This document shows, in pieces, positions 61,746 to 64,000 of a stretch of DNA of 64,000 nt. A program made the position numbers and the translations under genes. Positions within the stretch are counted from its first letter, which is position 1. Each line of letters begins with the position of its first letter. Under the pieces are notes generated by a model. The model ran no database searches. It worked only from the letters and a program-made list of their open reading frames with translations, and was not told the DNA's origin. Location: positions 3,441-67,440 of the forward strand of contig CAZMID010000004.1 in the NCBI GenBank assembly GCA_964566255.1. Direction: 5' to 3'. Source of the stretch: an uncultured Planctomycetia bacterium (GTDB taxonomy: Bacteria; Omnitrophota; Gorgyraeia; Gorgyraeales; Gorgyraeaceae).

Positions 61746-63137
61746 TCAGGTATAATTCCCTATAAACCTTCTTACTATGTTCCAAAAATTCGAAAAGGAA
61801 CCTAAATTTAAAAGTATCTTTGATAATATTAAAGGACGTAAATGAAATAACAGTATGGCTTTTTTTAACAGAATATCTACCTCTTTTTTGGAAAGATGTG
61901 GGGAGAAGCTTTTCACTACTTTATAATAAGACATATCACCGAAGTCTAAATCATCAAGCTGCCTGTCTTTCTTTAAATCAAAAAAGATCTGGCTTCCAGG
62001 GAATGGCGAAAAACTGGCAAATCCTCCACGTTCTATAGGTAGTCTTTTGGAAAATTCTATCGTATCTAAAATATCCTTACGCGTTTCAGTAGGATAGCCA
62101 ATAATAAACTGGCCTGTTATCCTCATTTTATATTTAGCCAAAAGATTAACTTTTTCCTCTATTTGACTAATATTCAAGTCCTTGTTCATATCATTTAAAA
62201 TTCTCTGAGAACCAGATTCAATCCCAACAGCAACCGCATAACACCCAGCCTCCTTCATAGCCTTAACAACTTCATCATCAATCGAATTTAATTGTATCCC
62301 GTTATTACAATTCCAGAGTATATTTAAACTACTCACTTTATCACAAAATTCTAAAACAGCGCTCTTTTTAAAAGTAAAGTTGTCATCTTGAATTATAATC
62401 TCCTTTACACCAAACCGCTTAACTAAATACTTTATCTCAGCAATAACATTATCTATGTTTCGATACCGAAATCCATTACCATAAACTGACTTTACAGTAC
62501 AAAAATTACATCTCATGGGGCATCCCCGGCTTATAGCTATAGGGACATTTGGAAATCTCTTAGCAAAAACACCTTGTGGCGCATGAGGATATAATGTTGG
62601 CTTAAGTAATTCCCAATCTGGCCAGGGCAATTTGTCAATGTCTCTTATGGATTCTTTTGCATTCTTGACAATTTCTCCATTTCTATTCCGCCAAACCAAA
62701 CCTGGGATACCATGCCAAGAGGCTCCACCTTCAGCTATCATATTTACCAGGGACAAAAAGGCCTGTTCACCTTCGCCTACAATAATAAAATCCAAATCAG
62801 GACCTAAATAATCCATCGTCTCATCCGGTAATGCAGAAGGATGAGGTCCACCTATGACTGTAATTATCTGCGGATTGTATGCTTTAATACAGCGGAGGTA
62901 TCCTTTTACTGTAGCTAGATCAACAGAATAGACTTGTATACCTACAACGCCTGGTTTTACATGACTCAAAAAATTATAAAAAGAATCTATTGTTGAAATT
63001 TTATCTCGGATTGCCTCACATAGAAAAACATCATGCCCACCTTTAAGTTTAAGCATCGAAGCTAAATAGCCCAAGCCCAAAGGAGGCGTAAATGAGTAAG
63101 AAAATTTATTAAATGGACGCGTCAGAAGTACTCTCAC
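61746..63137 (-). CDS. Cobalamin-binding radical SAM protein #6
   Basis: PPLGLGYLAS, GGPHPS, GEGE, SRGCPMRCNFC, GIESGSQRIL. Confidence 0.9.
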   Translation of the reverse strand: MRVLLTRPFNKFSYSFTPPLGLGYLASMLKLKGGHDVFLCEAIRDKISTIDSFYNFLSHVKPGVVGIQVYSVDLATVKGYLRCIKAYNPQIITVIGGPHPSALPDETMDYLGPDLDFIIVGEGEQAFLSLVNMIAEGGASWHGIPGLVWRNRNGEIVKNAKESIRDIDKLPWPDWELLKPTLYPHAPQGVFAKRFPNVPIAISRGCPMRCNFCTVKSVYGNGFRYRNIDNVIAEIKYLVKRFGVKEIIIQDDNFTFKKSAVLEFCDKVSSLNILWNCNNGIQLNSIDDEVVKAMKEAGCYAVAVGIESGSQRILNDMNKDLNISQIEEKVNLLAKYKMRITGQFIIGYPTETRKDILDTIEFSKRLPIERGGFASFSPFPGSQIFFDLKKDRQLDDLDFGDMSYYKVVKSFSPHLSKKEVDILLKKAILLFHLRPLILSKILLNLGSFSNFWNIVRRFIGNYT

Positions 63138-64000
63138 CCTTGCTCCTTTTCTTTTGAATGCCTTCTTTTTATTTCTCTATCATAAGACTTGAGGGCCGCT
63201 TGGATTGTAGCATCCATATCATAATATCTATAGTCTCCTAACCTTCCTCCAAAAATAACATTTTTGAGTCTTTCCTTTTCATCTGAATATTTATTAAAAA
63301 TCTCTTCGTTTCTGAGAGTATTAACTGGATAATATGGGTTACCTCTTGTATCCAATTTAGAGTATTCCCTTACAATTAAAGTCTTCTCTTTTGAATAATT
63401 TCGTTCAACATGTAGATGTTTCGGCTCATGAATACGTGTATAAGGAATAGATAACTCTGTATAATTCATAACAGATACTCCTTGATAATCTTCCAGTTTT
63501 AATATCTCTTTTTCAAAATCTAAAGTCCGCCATTCAAGTTTGCCAAATTTATAATCAAAAAATCTATCAATTGGGCCACTATATATAATAAGGCAATTTG
63601 GAGGGATATTATCTTTTATATCAAAAAAATCAATATTGAGACGTAAATCTATATTTTTATGATCCAGCATCCGTTTAAATATTTGACTGTATCCATCAAA
63701 AGGTATTCCTTGCCATCTATCAAAAAAATAGTTTTCATTGTAATTTCTTCTAACAGGCAATCTATCAATAATAGATGTTGGGAGTTCCCTGGGATCTCTC
63801 TGCCATTGTTTTTCTGTGTATCCTTTTATGAAGGCCTTATATAGGGGGCGTCCAACCAGCGATATTGCTTTTTCTTCTAAGTTTTTCGGCTCTGTAATCT
63901 TTCCCTTATTTATCTCAGCCCGTAAAAAATCATATACTTCAAATGGCCTTAGGTTAACATTATAAAAAGAATTGATTGTCTCCAAATTGATAGGCATCTG
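63134..64000 (-). CDS. glf: UDP-galactopyranose mutase, 5' end outside window
   Basis: GYTEKQW, RLPVR, QGIP..GY, L.WR.L, YTRIHE.KH, PYYP, GRLGDYRYYDMD; the FAD-binding N-terminus lies beyond the window. Confidence 0.95.
   Translation of the reverse strand, partial: QMPINLETINSFYNVNLRPFEVYDFLRAEINKGKITEPKNLEEKAISLVGRPLYKAFIKGYTEKQWQRDPRELPTSIIDRLPVRRNYNENYFFDRWQGIPFDGYSQIFKRMLDHKNIDLRLNIDFFDIKDNIPPNCLIIYSGPIDRFFDYKFGKLEWRTLDFEKEILKLEDYQGVSVMNYTELSIPYTRIHEPKHLHVERNYSKEKTLIVREYSKLDTRGNPYYPVNTLRNEEIFNKYSDEKERLKNVIFGGRLGDYRYYDMDATIQAALKSYDREIKRRHSKEKEQG

Overview
AT-rich bacterial chromosomal window in which every real gene lies on the minus strand. Gene content and order suggest a PVC-superphylum or Ca. 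Omnitrophota-like organism, but this is an unverified impression. 1-7.3 kb: a housekeeping and DNA-metabolism run (rmuC, tRNA-Pro(CGG), acyP, ligA, lipoprotein, MBL hydrolase, xerD, family-4 UDG, priA, which runs off the left edge). 7.3-12.2 kb: a riboflavin operon (ribBA-ribH-nusB-PHP-ribD-ribE) with a perfect sigma70 promoter, an FMN riboswitch and an attenuator terminator. 12.2-64 kb: the distal 52 kb of a very large surface-glycan biosynthesis locus that continues past the right edge. It holds a Wzx flippase, a WecA-like initiator fusion, many GT2/GT4/GT-C enzymes, nonulosonic-acid genes (neuA/neuB-like plus formyl- and acetyltransferases), aminosugar pathways and glf. It also holds a complete 2-aminoethylphosphonate cassette (PepM, split decarboxylase, transaminase, cytidylyltransferase, CDP-alcohol transferase). 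The standout is six cobalamin-dependent radical SAM enzymes, two of them within or next to the phosphonate cassette, plus a methyltransferase-kinase fusion. Together these suggest a heavily C- or P-methylated phosphonoglycan, possibly a Fom3-like methylated phosphonate surface decoration. No mobile element or CRISPR array was seen. All family assignments come from motifs read by eye; no database search was run.
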